Source of the DNA: Phycisphaerales bacterium
GTDB lineage: Bacteria > Planctomycetota > Phycisphaerae > UBA1845
NCBI GenBank assembly: GCA_003597935.1
Contig: QZJT01000039.1
Location: forward strand, 8,336-72,335
DNA: 64,000 nt
Direction of reading: 5' to 3'
The notes beneath the pieces were generated by a model. That model saw only the letters and a list, made by a program, of their open reading frames with translations, ran no database searches and was not told where the DNA came from. Positions 33,852 to 44,287 of the stretch are shown in pieces. Within the stretch, counting starts at the first letter, position 1. Every line of letters starts with the position of its first letter. The translations under genes were made by a program, and so were the position numbers.

Positions 33852-34129
33852 TTCGTTACACTCCCCTGAACAGATGAGGAACGGCTCTGCGCAATCACGC
33901 GACGCGCTGGACCGTCGAGCTTGATTCCAAAGCAACGCTCCGGCGAGGCTCGCGCGCGCCACCTGCGGGGCACGTGTCGATGTACCGCCGTGCGTCTGAC
34001 AGGTCTCCCACTCCCCTGCGCCAAAGAGGCTAGCGGCGAGCCACTCCAGCGCTCGAACCAGTAGCATAACCGGATCGGCGGGCGAGTGCAAGCCCGCGCG
34101 TCAGCGGTCAGGGCGGCTGGGTGCGTGAC

Positions 34130-34257
34130 GAGATCGGCGGGGCTGCGAGTATGCTCCGTCAGGCGTGTGGCACCGGCATCTTGCCGGTGGTTGCGGCGAA
34201 GCCGCGACTGGCATGGCCTGGAAGGCCATGCCCACCGGCTGGAAGCCGGTGCCACAC
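34130..34257. repeat. About 125-bp dispersed palindromic element, with an inverted copy at 51994-52117
   Basis: GTGTGGCACCGGCATCTTGCCGGTGGTTGCGGCGAAGCCGCGA...GAAGCCGGTGCCACAC aligns along its length with the reverse complement near 52 kb. Confidence 0.85.
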
Positions 34258-34270
34258 TGGGGGGGGCAGG

Positions 34271-34307
34271 AAAGAAAAAAGCGGACCACCCCGCTGGGGC
34301 GGTCCGC
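34271..34307 (-). terminator. Intrinsic terminator of 34386-35144
   Basis: GCGGACC..CCC/GGG..GGTCCGC hairpin plus T-run on the minus strand. Confidence 0.7.
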
Positions 34308-34385
34308 CCTCGGACACTCTGCCGTTCGCGCGTTCAGTGCCGGGGATCACCCCGCCGGATCACGAGCGAAAGACCACTCCCGCGA

Positions 34386-35144
34386 TCAGGCGCAGTCGCT
34401 GACCTTGCCCTTGATCTTGCAGGTGCCGTTGCCGCCGTCGGGGCACGGGATGATCGTCTTGATCTTCTTCTTGCAGTCCTTCACCGTCTCGCACTCCGCC
34501 TCGGAGGTGAATGCATCGCCGACGTTCGGACAGACGTCGCAGCGCTTGGCCTTGCTCTTCTTGATCTTGTAGATGCAGTTGTTGCCGCCGCGCTCGATGA
34601 TCTGCATGTCGTCCATGTCGATGAACGCGCCGCCGAAGAGCTTGCCGATCACGTCGATCTCGTGGAACGCAGCGCCGTCCGTCTGCCAGCCGTTCCAGTG
34701 CCACAGGCAGTCGCCCTCGCCGGTGGCGGCGATGGCGCGGCCGATCTCATTGCCGCCATCGTCGCGGAAGATCATCGTCGCGTCGTTGTTCTCGCCCAGG
34801 TTCGGCGCGTTGGAGCCGAAGAACCCGCCGAAGAGATCCTGCGGCGGATTCAGCGTATAGCGGTAAAAGCCGCCGGCGCTGCCCGTGAAGCGCACGCCGC
34901 CGTGGGGACGGATCACGCAGCGGAACGACCAGCCGCCGGTGATGTGGGCGCCGCTGTTACCCGGCGTACACAGGGTGCTGGCGCCGCCGAACACGCCGCC
35001 GATGATGCACGGATTGAATCCCGGAGAGTTTTGCGTCTCGAATCCTTCGGACACGTCGCCGGTGAACTCCGGCACCGGCGTCTGCGCGGAAGCGACCCCG
35101 GCCATGACCGCCATCAGAGCGATCGCCCACAGACCCTTTCTCAT
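34386..35144 (-). CDS. Secreted protein with CTD-A
   Basis: Signal peptide MRKGLWA...ASA, GGAGG SD, Gly/aromatic-rich passenger ending IDMDDM, then CTD-A. Confidence 0.85.
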   Translation of the reverse strand: MRKGLWAIALMAVMAGVASAQTPVPEFTGDVSEGFETQNSPGFNPCIIGGVFGGASTLCTPGNSGAHITGGWSFRCVIRPHGGVRFTGSAGGFYRYTLNPPQDLFGGFFGSNAPNLGENNDATMIFRDDGGNEIGRAIAATGEGDCLWHWNGWQTDGAAFHEIDVIGKLFGGAFIDMDDMQIIERGGNNCIYKIKKSKAKRCDVCPNVGDAFTSEAECETVKDCKKKIKTIIPCPDGGNGTCKIKGKVSDCA

Positions 35145-35454
35145 GACATTCCTCCCAAAAAAAGAACGGACGTTCGTCGCGCGACGTTCCCCAACGCCGC
35201 CGCGACAAAGTCGATTTCACTCGACTCATCCGGCGCCGGCCGCGGGCCGGAAGCCTGCGGGCGCACGCCTGGCAGAGATGAACTCGTACCCGGAGGCAGA
35301 ACCGCAACCACTACGGCGACCCCCTCGACGTGACGAGCCTCACTCGTGCGGGAGCGATTGTAGCAGAAACGACACGTCAGATAAAGCCCCCGCCGGCGGT
35401 TTTCTGCAGGAGAATCGGAATTCACCGACCATGCGGCGGAATCCCCAACGATAG

Positions 35455-35725
35455 CTCCGCGCCGCGGCGCGGTGTGACGCCGGTGCTCTGCACTGGGGCC
35501 GGGCGGCGGTGTGGTCTAGCAAGATGCTCTGCTGTGGGGCCGCACGGCGGTGAGATGTGACGAGGGCACTCCGCTCTGGAGCCCCGCCGCGGTGAGATGT
35601 GAGGAACGTGCTCTGCTCTGGAGCCGCGCAGCGGGCGATGGGCTGTAGCCGCGGGTGACGCCCGCAGACGGGCTTCACCCGCGGCTACGGCCCTGGGCCT
35701 CATTCGCGGCCGCAGACCGGAGCGC
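35455..35725. repeat. Composite REP-like mosaic (about 40-bp degenerate tandem units + TGTAGCCGCGGG hairpin)
   Basis: Repeated GCTCTGC..TGG.GCC..CGGTG units and CTGTAGCCGCGGGTGA...TCACCCGCGGCTAC. Confidence 0.72.
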
Positions 35726-35943
35726 GCCCCGAGCGTCGCTGTGGGGGAGTTCTCACGCGATACGCAAGTGCTCCTCCACACGGGGTTCGATCGGGTCTCG
35801 GCCGGCGCCTGATCCTGCCGCATAAAGCAAGGCCGCCCCGACAGGAGGCCGCCCTGGCAGGACGCGGCCCTGGCAGGAGGCGGCCGGCACTCAACGCGTG
35901 GGTGTTCGCACCCCGGCGAGGTGTACGCCTTCCCGCGGCTCCG

Positions 35944-36621
35944 CTACCCGCAGGCCGCCCGTTTGCCCTTCAGCTTGCAACTGCCGGGGCCGTCGGGACA
36001 CGCCGTCTGGGTCCTGATCTTCTTGCGACAATCCTCCACGTCTTCACACTCGGCGAAGGTGGGCAGGTTGTCGCCGGGCGCCGGGCAGCTTTCGCAGCCG
36101 CCCTTGGCCTTGCTCTTCCTGACGGTGTACTGGCATTTGCCGCCCGTGAAGAACTCGACAATGATCGTCTGGCTTGCACCGTTGCAGGTGGCGGTGTTGA
36201 CGCCGCCCCAGTTGGCGTTGCCGATACAGGGCCGCACGATGTACTGCGGATTGGGGCAAGCACAGATGCTGCCGGCGGCGCTGAGTTCGACGCCCCCGCC
36301 GCAGCCTCCGGTCATCCAGGTGCGCCCGTCGCACGGATAGCTGAGCCGCGCCTGGTTGTTGGTATTGATGTTGGCGGCGATCTGAGCGATGACGTCCGGG
36401 TCACCGCACGAGACGCCTTCCGGATCGTTGGATCCACGCAGCACGAGCAGGCGATAATCCTGTTCCACCAGCTCCGCCGCGAAAGCCCGCCATGCCGTAC
36501 ACTGGGCCGGCGAGGGCTGCCCCTGAACGAAGTCCTGTTCGAATACGATCTGTCCGTCGGCGGACGCGACCCACGTGGCGAGCACGGCCACTCCCACTCC
36601 ACACGCCTTTCTCGTCCTCAC
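35944..36621 (-). CDS. Secreted protein with Cys-containing passenger and CTD-A
   Basis: GTG start after AAGGGAG, signal peptide, passenger RPCIGNANWGGVNTATC, CTD-A. Confidence 0.82.
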   Translation of the reverse strand: MRTRKACGVGVAVLATWVASADGQIVFEQDFVQGQPSPAQCTAWRAFAAELVEQDYRLLVLRGSNDPEGVSCGDPDVIAQIAANINTNNQARLSYPCDGRTWMTGGCGGGVELSAAGSICACPNPQYIVRPCIGNANWGGVNTATCNGASQTIIVEFFTGGKCQYTVRKSKAKGGCESCPAPGDNLPTFAECEDVEDCRKKIRTQTACPDGPGSCKLKGKRAACG

Positions 36622-36956
36622 TTTGATCTCCCTTCGCCAGGATAGCACGGCGGTGCCCGGAGGCCGCTCTCCGAACCGGCGCGGCGCCGCGACAGGGGCG
36701 AAGTCTCTTCGCCGCGGTGGCCGCGCAGATGACCCCGTGGGCGATCGGCCCCGCTGAGCACGCTGCTCGCCGTGAACGACCCCTCCAAGCCCCGATGCGA
36801 CGCCGGGTAGAATAGCAGTTTTAACCCGCAAGTGCAACGGAATGGCGACGGCGCGGGCCGCCCGACTCGCCGGCTCGCGGCTGGCACGAAACGTGTAACA
36901 CTCATGCTGCAAGGAAAGCACGACCGCCGTCGGCGGCCTGCAGCAGGAGTCCGTCC

Positions 36957-38375
36957 ATGTTTCACGACGCTCGCGAGGCCCTTCGGTACATCGCCGGCCA
37001 TGACATCGCCATGGTGGACCTGAAGGTAGTCAGCATCGCCGGCCAGTGGCTGCACCTGACCATCCCCGCCGCCCAGTTCACCGAGAAGCACTTCGAGGAG
37101 GGCATCGGCTATGACGGTTCGGCGGGGTCCGGTTTCGCCAGCGTCGAAAGCGGCGACGTGGTGGCGCGGCCGGAGCCGGGCACTGCGTTCGTCGATCCCT
37201 TCTGGCGCGAGCCGACGCTGAGCTTCATCTGCGAGACCGTCGCGGCCGACAACCGCGCCCCGTTCGCCCACGACCCGCGGACGATCGCCCGGCGGGCGGT
37301 CGAGTGCCTGAAGCAGGCGCGCGTCGCCGACGCGGCGATGATGGCGCCGGAGTTCGAGTTCCACGTCTTCGACCGCCTCAGCGTGCGTAACGGGCCGTAT
37401 CAGACCCTGGTGGAGATCGAATCGCACGAAACGGCACCGGACGGGACGGTGGCGCGGATCGGGCCGCGGAAAGGCTACCTGCGCCTGCCGCCGTCCGATC
37501 AACTGCACAACCTGCGCTCCGAAATGGCCATCCTGCTTTCCGCGATGCACGTGCCGGTGACGTATCACCATCACGAGGTCGGCGCGCCCGGTCAGTGCGA
37601 GATCGAGACGGAGCTGGCCCCGCTGGTGACCGCCGCCGACCGGGCGATGCTCATCAAGTACGTAGTCAAGAACGTCGCCCGCAAACATGGCAAGATCGCC
37701 ACCTTCATGCCCAAGCCGATCTACAGCGAAGCGGGCAACGGGATGCACGTACACCAGAAGCTCGACCAGCAGGGCACGCCGCTGTTCTTCGACAAGACCG
37801 GCCGCAACTACGCCTCGCTGAGCGACCTGGCGCTGCAGTACGTCGGCGGGCTGCTCTCGCACGGGCGGGCGGTCACGGCGCTGACCAATCCCTCGACGAA
37901 CTCGTTCAAACGGCTGGTGGCGGGCTTCGAGGCGCCGGTCAACCTGTTCTTCTCCCTGGCGAACCGCTCGGCCGCCATCCGCGTGCCCAAGTACGCGGTG
38001 TCGCCGCATGCGAAGCGCATCGAGTACCGTCCCCCCGATTTTTCCGGCAACGTGTACCTCTCGCTGGCGGCGCTGCTCATGGCGGGCCTGGACGGGATCC
38101 TCCAACGCACCGACGTCAAGGAGCACGCTTTCGGCCCCTACGACGTGGACGTGGCCGCGCAGCCCAGCGAGTTCCGCGCCCGCGTCACGCCGCTGCCGCG
38201 AACGCTCTATGACGCGACGCTGGCGCTGGAGGCGGATCACGCCTTCCTGACCCGCGGCGAGGTCTTTCCCGAATCGTTCATTCACAACTGGATCGCCGCC
38301 CGGCGACGTGAGGAGTCCGCCGAAATCGCCTGCCGCCCGCACCCCTATGAGTATGAGTTGTACCTGGACGTGTGA
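36957..38375 (+). CDS. glnA: Type I glutamine synthetase
   Basis: PEFEF, HHHEVG..GQCEI, ATFMPKP, GNGMHVHQ, NRSAAIRVP, RIEYRPPD, RPHPYEY. Confidence 0.93.
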   Translation: MFHDAREALRYIAGHDIAMVDLKVVSIAGQWLHLTIPAAQFTEKHFEEGIGYDGSAGSGFASVESGDVVARPEPGTAFVDPFWREPTLSFICETVAADNRAPFAHDPRTIARRAVECLKQARVADAAMMAPEFEFHVFDRLSVRNGPYQTLVEIESHETAPDGTVARIGPRKGYLRLPPSDQLHNLRSEMAILLSAMHVPVTYHHHEVGAPGQCEIETELAPLVTAADRAMLIKYVVKNVARKHGKIATFMPKPIYSEAGNGMHVHQKLDQQGTPLFFDKTGRNYASLSDLALQYVGGLLSHGRAVTALTNPSTNSFKRLVAGFEAPVNLFFSLANRSAAIRVPKYAVSPHAKRIEYRPPDFSGNVYLSLAALLMAGLDGILQRTDVKEHAFGPYDVDVAAQPSEFRARVTPLPRTLYDATLALEADHAFLTRGEVFPESFIHNWIAARRREESAEIACRPHPYEYELYLDV

Positions 38376-38386
38376 GGAAGAAGGGG

Positions 38387-38441
38387 ACGAGGGAATCGCG
38401 GAGTCAGGGAGTGAGGCAGCGAGGCAGTGAAGGAGTGAGGG
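38387..38441. repeat. Degenerate 8-bp tandem repeat (GAGGCAGT/GAGGGAGT-like)
   Basis: About 6-7 purine-rich units directly after the glnA stop. Confidence 0.55.
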
Positions 38442-38555
38442 CGATGCGTAGGTCGCCGCGGCGCGGCGCCGGAGCGGCGCACCCAGGTCGCGTCGCGCCG
38501 CAGCGCGGCGTCGTTCGCGTGGCTGGCGGCACGTGGTCGAGGGACTGAAGCGCCG

Positions 38556-38590
38556 AAACAAAAGCACGCCGCGGGGAAACCCCCGCGGCG
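38556..38590 (-). terminator. Intrinsic terminator of 38630-39544
   Basis: CGCCGCGGGG-AAAC-CCCCGCGGCG hairpin with a T-rich tail on the minus strand. Confidence 0.75.
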
Positions 38591-38629
38591 CACGTGGTCA
38601 TCATCCCGCCGATGGGTGTCAGCCGATCA

Positions 38630-39544
38630 TCAGCCGCACGAACGGCGCTTGCCCTTGATCTTGCACGTGCCGTTGCCGCCGCGCGGGCAGGCGATCGTCC
38701 CCTTCAGCTTCTTCTCGCACTCTTTCACATCCTCGCAGGCCGCATCGGAGCGGAATTCCGCTCCCTTCGGCGGACAGGTCTCGCACCCGCCCTTGGCCTT
38801 GGACTTCTTGATCAGGTAGTTGCAGCGGGCGCCGCCGCCGGCGAACGCCAGGCCGTCGTGCGAGCCCAGGCCGGTCTTGACGGTGGTGCGGGCGTACCCG
38901 TTGGCGATGTCGTACTTGAATAACCTGCCCTGCCAGTCGATCTGCCAGAGCACGTGCTGTTCCGGGTCGTACGCCAGGCCGCTGTTGTCCGTGAACTCGC
39001 CGTTGAACACCAGCGTCGCTTCGCCGGTGTTGCGGTCGATGCGGTAGAGGTCTCCGGCGCCGTCGGAGACGCCCAGCAGTTCGTCGTCGCGGGAGTTGTA
39101 GGCCAGGTTGCCCAGCCGCGGCACGATCGTGCCCCGCGGAGTGACGGCGCCCGTGCTTCGATTCACCGTGTACAACGGCTGGTTCGGGACGAATGCGCAC
39201 GCAAAGAGCACGTCGTTTTGCGAGTCGTAGCCCAGCCCGAACAGGTCGGTCACGCCGTGTGCGCCGACGGTGCCGGACTGGCCGGTGTTCGGATCGATCT
39301 TGTGCAGCGATCTGGTTCCACGGCCGTCAACCGCGTAAAGCGTATCCGTGCTGCTGTCCCACTCCAGACCGCCAAACTGAAATACCTCGTTGAGCGGGCC
39401 GACGTCGGTGAACTCCAGCGTGTTGGTGTCGATAGCCACGAGGATGTCGCCGGTCTCCCTCACGGTGTACAGGGTTCCGGCTTCGACGATGCCGGCGGAT
39501 GCCAGGACGCCGGCAATCAATCCGAGTACGATGGACTTTCTCAC
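38630..39544 (-). CDS. Secreted beta-propeller-like protein with CTD-A
   Basis: GTG start after AGGAGAGG, signal peptide, repeated GL-x-[YW]D...LY...LY-x-[IV]D-x-x-TG blades, CTD-A. Confidence 0.85.
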   Translation of the reverse strand: MRKSIVLGLIAGVLASAGIVEAGTLYTVRETGDILVAIDTNTLEFTDVGPLNEVFQFGGLEWDSSTDTLYAVDGRGTRSLHKIDPNTGQSGTVGAHGVTDLFGLGYDSQNDVLFACAFVPNQPLYTVNRSTGAVTPRGTIVPRLGNLAYNSRDDELLGVSDGAGDLYRIDRNTGEATLVFNGEFTDNSGLAYDPEQHVLWQIDWQGRLFKYDIANGYARTTVKTGLGSHDGLAFAGGGARCNYLIKKSKAKGGCETCPPKGAEFRSDAACEDVKECEKKLKGTIACPRGGNGTCKIKGKRRSCG

Positions 39545-39978
39545 GGTTTCCTCTCCTGCAAAAAAGGACTTGTCGGTTCGCAACGACCGCCCTCGACTCA
39601 CTCCGATGTAATCGCAACGGCCGAGGGACCAGACTCACCCCGGATTGTACCAAGGGAAGCGAGCCGACCCAAGCCGGTTGACGCGTCGACCCGTCGAGGT
39701 TGCGTCGATGGCCGCGTGACATCAGGATATGCCCATCCGTCAGGTTGGAGTCATCAGCTATGCCGATCGCTGGATTCGTGCGTCGCAGGCAGTCCGGTGG
39801 GCGTGGAAATACCGGACCGGTCAGGAGGGGGCGTGTTGTCGGCGGACTCGGTCTGGCCGGGAGGAGCGCTACGCTACGTCACCGTGCGCGATCCGCGGCC
39901 ACGTCGAAGCCGGAGAGTCCGCGCGGGCTGAAGCCCGCGGCTCGCGCGCAGCGCATCATCGCGCACGGTCATGTAGTG

Positions 39979-41472
39979 ATGCTGGCCGTTCTGGCGGTCC
40001 TTTCGGCGTCCCGTGTCGCGGCGCAGAGTCCGGAGCCCGCCGCGCCGCCAGCGGCCGCGGTCGGGGCCGCGGACCGGCAGAGCGAAGACGCCGCCGATCG
40101 GGCCACGTTGACCGATCGGTATCGCCAGACGGCCGAGCGCATCATCGACGCGGCCTTGGCCGGCAACGATGCGTGGCGGAAGATGGAGGAACTGTGCGAC
40201 GGCATCGGCCATCGCCTCAGCGGATCGCCCGAGCTGGAGCGGGCGGTGGAATGGGCGGCGGCCGCGATGACGCGCGACGGGCAGCAGAATGTCCGCAAGG
40301 AGTTGGTCTCAGTGCCGCGCTGGATCCGCGGGCGCGAATCGCTGGTGATGACCCAGCCGCGGCGGATGGAATTGACCCTGCTGGGTCTGGGAGGCTCCAT
40401 CGCCACGCCGCCGGACGGCATCACGGCGCCGGTGCTGGTCGTGTCGGACAAGGATGAACTCGACAAGCTCGGTGAGGACGCCCGCGGGCGGATCGTGCTC
40501 TTCAACCACGCCATGCCGCCCTACGACGTGGAAACCGGCACGCACTACGGCCGCACCGTGGCATACCGCGGCAACGGGGCGGTGTGGGCGGCGGAAAAGG
40601 GGGCAGCCGCGGCCTTGGTGCGCAGCGTCACGGCCCGCAGCCTGAACTCGCCCCACACCGGGGCGATGCGCTATCGCGAGGGCGTGCGCAAGATTCCCAC
40701 GGCGGCGATCTCGATCGAGCACGCCGAGATGCTCGCCCGCCTGACCCGCAGCGGTACGTCCGTCACCGTCACGCTCAAGATGGAAGCGCAGACGCTGCCG
40801 GACGCCCCGTCGGCCAACGTCATCGGCGAGCTGCGCGGCCGGACCCGCCCGGAAGAAGTGGTGGTGATCGGCGGCCATCTGGACTCCTGGGACGTGGGCC
40901 AAGGCGCCCACGACGACGGCGGAGGCTGCGTCATCTCGATGGAGGCGATCAACGTGCTGCGCAAGCTCGACCTGCGTCCTGCCCGCACCATCCGCGTGGT
41001 GCTGTTCACCAATGAGGAGAACGGTCTGGCGGGCGGAAGGGCTTACGCCGAGCAGCACCTCGACGAAATGCCGAACCACGTGGCCGCCATCGAGTCGGAC
41101 GGCGGCGTGTTCGCGCCGCTGGGCTTCTCGGTCACCACCGCCAGCGAAGCCCGTCAGGACCGGGCGGTGGAGCAACTGGGGCAGATCACGGCGCTACTTG
41201 CGCGAATCGGCGCGACGCGGGCGAAGGGCGGCGGCGGCGGCGCGGACATCGGCCCGATGCGCCAGCACGGCGTCACGCTCCTGGCCCACGACGCGGACAT
41301 GTCTACCTACTTCGATTACCACCACTCGCACGCGGACACCCTGGACAAGGTGGATCCGCTGGAACTGAGCCGCAACGTGGCCGCCATGGCGGTGATGGCC
41401 TATGTGCTGGCGGACATGCCGGGCCGGTTGGGCGACGCCGCGGCGTCTCCGCCTCCTGCGACCGAACCGTAA
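39979..41472 (+). CDS. M28 family aminopeptidase (carboxypeptidase Q-like, PA domain)
   Basis: IGHRLSGS, GGHLDSWDVGQGAHDDG, NEENG, IESD, YHHSHADT. The start is uncertain (39760 is possible). Confidence 0.9.
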   Translation: MLAVLAVLSASRVAAQSPEPAAPPAAAVGAADRQSEDAADRATLTDRYRQTAERIIDAALAGNDAWRKMEELCDGIGHRLSGSPELERAVEWAAAAMTRDGQQNVRKELVSVPRWIRGRESLVMTQPRRMELTLLGLGGSIATPPDGITAPVLVVSDKDELDKLGEDARGRIVLFNHAMPPYDVETGTHYGRTVAYRGNGAVWAAEKGAAAALVRSVTARSLNSPHTGAMRYREGVRKIPTAAISIEHAEMLARLTRSGTSVTVTLKMEAQTLPDAPSANVIGELRGRTRPEEVVVIGGHLDSWDVGQGAHDDGGGCVISMEAINVLRKLDLRPARTIRVVLFTNEENGLAGGRAYAEQHLDEMPNHVAAIESDGGVFAPLGFSVTTASEARQDRAVEQLGQITALLARIGATRAKGGGGGADIGPMRQHGVTLLAHDADMSTYFDYHHSHADTLDKVDPLELSRNVAAMAVMAYVLADMPGRLGDAAASPPPATEP

Positions 41473-41733
41473 TTACGTCGCGGCGAGCCTCCCGCCCCAA
41501 ACGACCGTGATCGCCGACTGAGGACCAGCGAGCGAATCCGTGTGTTACCTGTCGCGGTCGCCAACGATCCGCGCCAGGTTCGGGTTTCGCCGGAGTTCTC
41601 AGGCCGCACGGCCGTCTACTTTCTTTTTTGCGATAGTTGCGATAGACTGAAATCCCGTTCAGGCCGCTGCGGTCGAAAACGGTTTCGACCACGCATCCGC
41701 GGTCTGGTCTTGCACTTGAAAGGAGGAAGAGGG

Positions 41734-44214
41734 ATGAGTATGCGCCTTGCGTTTGTGGGCACGTGTCTTTGGGCCGGTTTGAGCGCCGTCACGGCGGCGC
41801 AGGACATCGACCTGACGGATCCCGTCTACGAGGACATCGCGCCGATCCTCAACGATCTTCCGCAGGAAGACTGGACGGCGCCGGGGGGAGCCGATCAACA
41901 CTGGGAAGGCGGTTCCGTGCTGTCGTTCGCGCAGACCGTTCAGGCGGACGTCCGTTCCAACGGCGCTGCGCTGCAGTTCGCGGCGCTGACGCTCGATGAC
42001 GACGGGGCCGACAACCTGTTCATCAAGGTGCAGCAGCAGGACAGCTCCGGGAAGTTCTCCCACGTCGGGTTCTACCACGGCAACGGCGCCGGCGGGTGGC
42101 CTAACATGACCGGAGGGGCAGCGTTCGTAGCCCTCAGCGCCCAGTTCACTTTCGCCAAGATGACCGTCACGCACAACGGCGCCGGCACGGTCACGCTGAC
42201 CTTCTCCGAGATCGACGGCGGAAACGGCGTGCAGGTGTACGCCCGTGGCGGCTGGGTCAACCGTAACGGCCTGGGCATGGGATACGGCGGCTTCGCCGGG
42301 CACTCGAGCATCGACAACTGGGGCAACGCCGGCGGCCAGGTGTGCGACAACTTCGAGCGCCCCAACGGCGGCCTGGGCGGCAACTGGGTCACGGTGAACG
42401 GGACGACGTCCATTGTCGACAAGACCGCGCGCGGAACCAACACCGGGCGGGCCCGCTTCGCGGGCGCATGCGCCGGCCAGTCGACCACCATCGAGGCGGA
42501 CGTACGCGTCAACGGCACCGGCCTCCAGTACGCGGCCATGCTGCTGGACGGCGACAACAACAACAACCTGTTCGTCAAGGTGCAGCAACAGGGCGGCGGC
42601 GGCAAGTTCAACTACATCGGCTTCTATCAGGGCAACAACGACACCGACGGCTGGGGCGGCATGACCGGCGGCGTGCCCTTCCAGCTTCTCAACCAGCCGT
42701 TCAACTCGGCCCACATGGCGGTCATCCACAACGGCTTCGGCGACGTCACCATCGTCTTCTCGAAGATCGACGGCGGTCCGGGGCAGCAGATCTACTCGCG
42801 CGGCGGCTGGGCGCCGCTGGACGGCGACCGGATCGGGTTCGGCGGGTTCGCCGGGCTGACCATCATCGACAACTGGGGCAGTTCCTTCGTCTGCGACGAT
42901 TTCAACCGCCGCAACGGTCCGCTGGGCGCCAATTGGAACACCACCGACGGGTCGGCGTCGATCGTCAGCCTCGCGGCCCGCGGCGACAACCTCTCGCGTT
43001 CGTGGTTCATCGGCAACTGCGGCGCCTGCAACGACGACACCCCGCCGCTGGTCAGCATGACCGCGCCGGCGCCGGAATCCTGCGCCTGCAACGTTGTGCC
43101 CATCAACGGCAGCGTCAGCGACCCGGAGGGCTACGGGGGAGACGTGCTGGAATACCGCCGTACCGACCAGAACAACTGGACCCAGGCGGGCAGCAACAAC
43201 AACGAGCGTAACGGATTGCTCTACAACTGGAACACGGCCGGGCTGCCCACCGGGCTGTATTTCGTGCGCGTGGTGGCGGAAAACACCTGCGGACTCTCTT
43301 CGTCGGCGGTGTCGATCGTGTACGTCGATCATGATTCATTCTCCGGGCTGGAGATGCGGGCGCCGGGCGAGGGGCAGATCCTGGCGGGTACAGCCTGCTT
43401 CGACGGCACCGCCTGGGACCGCTGCTTCGACGAATACCAGGTGGAATACCAGCCCGGCGGCGGCGGCCAGTTCAACCCGGTCGATCCGAACAACCCGGTC
43501 TACAACACCACGGTCATCAACGATCCGCTGGCCCAGTGGAACACGGGAACGGTCGGCGACGGCAACTACCGCGTGCGGCTGACCGGCCTGGACATCTGCG
43601 GCAACACGGGCGCAATTCAGAAGAACGTGGTTGTGGACAATACCGCGCCGGTCTCCGTGATCTCCGCCCCCCAGGAGTGCGTGTGCCTGACCGGCCAGGT
43701 AACCGTCACCGGCACCGCCGACGACGCGAATCTCGCCGCCTGGTCGCTGCAGTACACCGGCGGCGACGCCCATGGCTGGGTCACCATCGCGTCCGGCAAT
43801 GCGCCTGTCATCAATGACACGCTCGGCGTCTGGAACACCGATGGCCTGCGGCCCTGTGCCTACACGCTGCGGCTGATCGTCACCGACAAAGCCAACGTGA
43901 ACTGCACCGGCAATACCCACCGCACGGATGATTACGTCTCGCTCAACGTCGGCGACTGCGGCAGCGGCTGCACGGGTAATGAGACCCTGACAGCCAAGTG
44001 CAAGAACAGCCGCAAGATCACGGCGACCGTTAAGAAGGGCTCGCCGGGAGCGGTGGTGACCTTCGAGGTCGACGGCGGACAAACGAAGCAGGAGACGATC
44101 AACAACAAGGGCAAGGCCAAGGCCAGTTGGCCCGGCAACGCGCCCGGCCAGCACGGCGTCAGCGCGGAACTCGCCTGCGGAGACGTGCTGAACAAGAACG
44201 TGACCTGCCCGTAG
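41734..44214 (+). CDS. Large secreted repeat protein (duplicated N-terminal module, three Ig-like domains) ending in CTD-B
   Basis: AGGAGG SD and signal peptide. Internal duplication (NLFIKVQQQ/NLFVKVQQQ; DNFERPNG/DDFNRRNG) and three WNT...G-x-Y domains. Confidence 0.85.
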   Translation: MSMRLAFVGTCLWAGLSAVTAAQDIDLTDPVYEDIAPILNDLPQEDWTAPGGADQHWEGGSVLSFAQTVQADVRSNGAALQFAALTLDDDGADNLFIKVQQQDSSGKFSHVGFYHGNGAGGWPNMTGGAAFVALSAQFTFAKMTVTHNGAGTVTLTFSEIDGGNGVQVYARGGWVNRNGLGMGYGGFAGHSSIDNWGNAGGQVCDNFERPNGGLGGNWVTVNGTTSIVDKTARGTNTGRARFAGACAGQSTTIEADVRVNGTGLQYAAMLLDGDNNNNLFVKVQQQGGGGKFNYIGFYQGNNDTDGWGGMTGGVPFQLLNQPFNSAHMAVIHNGFGDVTIVFSKIDGGPGQQIYSRGGWAPLDGDRIGFGGFAGLTIIDNWGSSFVCDDFNRRNGPLGANWNTTDGSASIVSLAARGDNLSRSWFIGNCGACNDDTPPLVSMTAPAPESCACNVVPINGSVSDPEGYGGDVLEYRRTDQNNWTQAGSNNNERNGLLYNWNTAGLPTGLYFVRVVAENTCGLSSSAVSIVYVDHDSFSGLEMRAPGEGQILAGTACFDGTAWDRCFDEYQVEYQPGGGGQFNPVDPNNPVYNTTVINDPLAQWNTGTVGDGNYRVRLTGLDICGNTGAIQKNVVVDNTAPVSVISAPQECVCLTGQVTVTGTADDANLAAWSLQYTGGDAHGWVTIASGNAPVINDTLGVWNTDGLRPCAYTLRLIVTDKANVNCTGNTHRTDDYVSLNVGDCGSGCTGNETLTAKCKNSRKITATVKKGSPGAVVTFEVDGGQTKQETINNKGKAKASWPGNAPGQHGVSAELACGDVLNKNVTCP

Positions 44215-44250
44215 GACGAGCGGCCGCGCGGTCTTACTGAGTCCCCGATC

Positions 44251-44287
44251 AAGCCCCGAATGGCCCTGCCGCCCGGGGCTCTCTTCT
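44251..44287 (+). terminator. Possible intrinsic terminator
   Basis: AGCCCCG...CGGGGCT stem followed by CTCTTCT. Confidence 0.45.
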
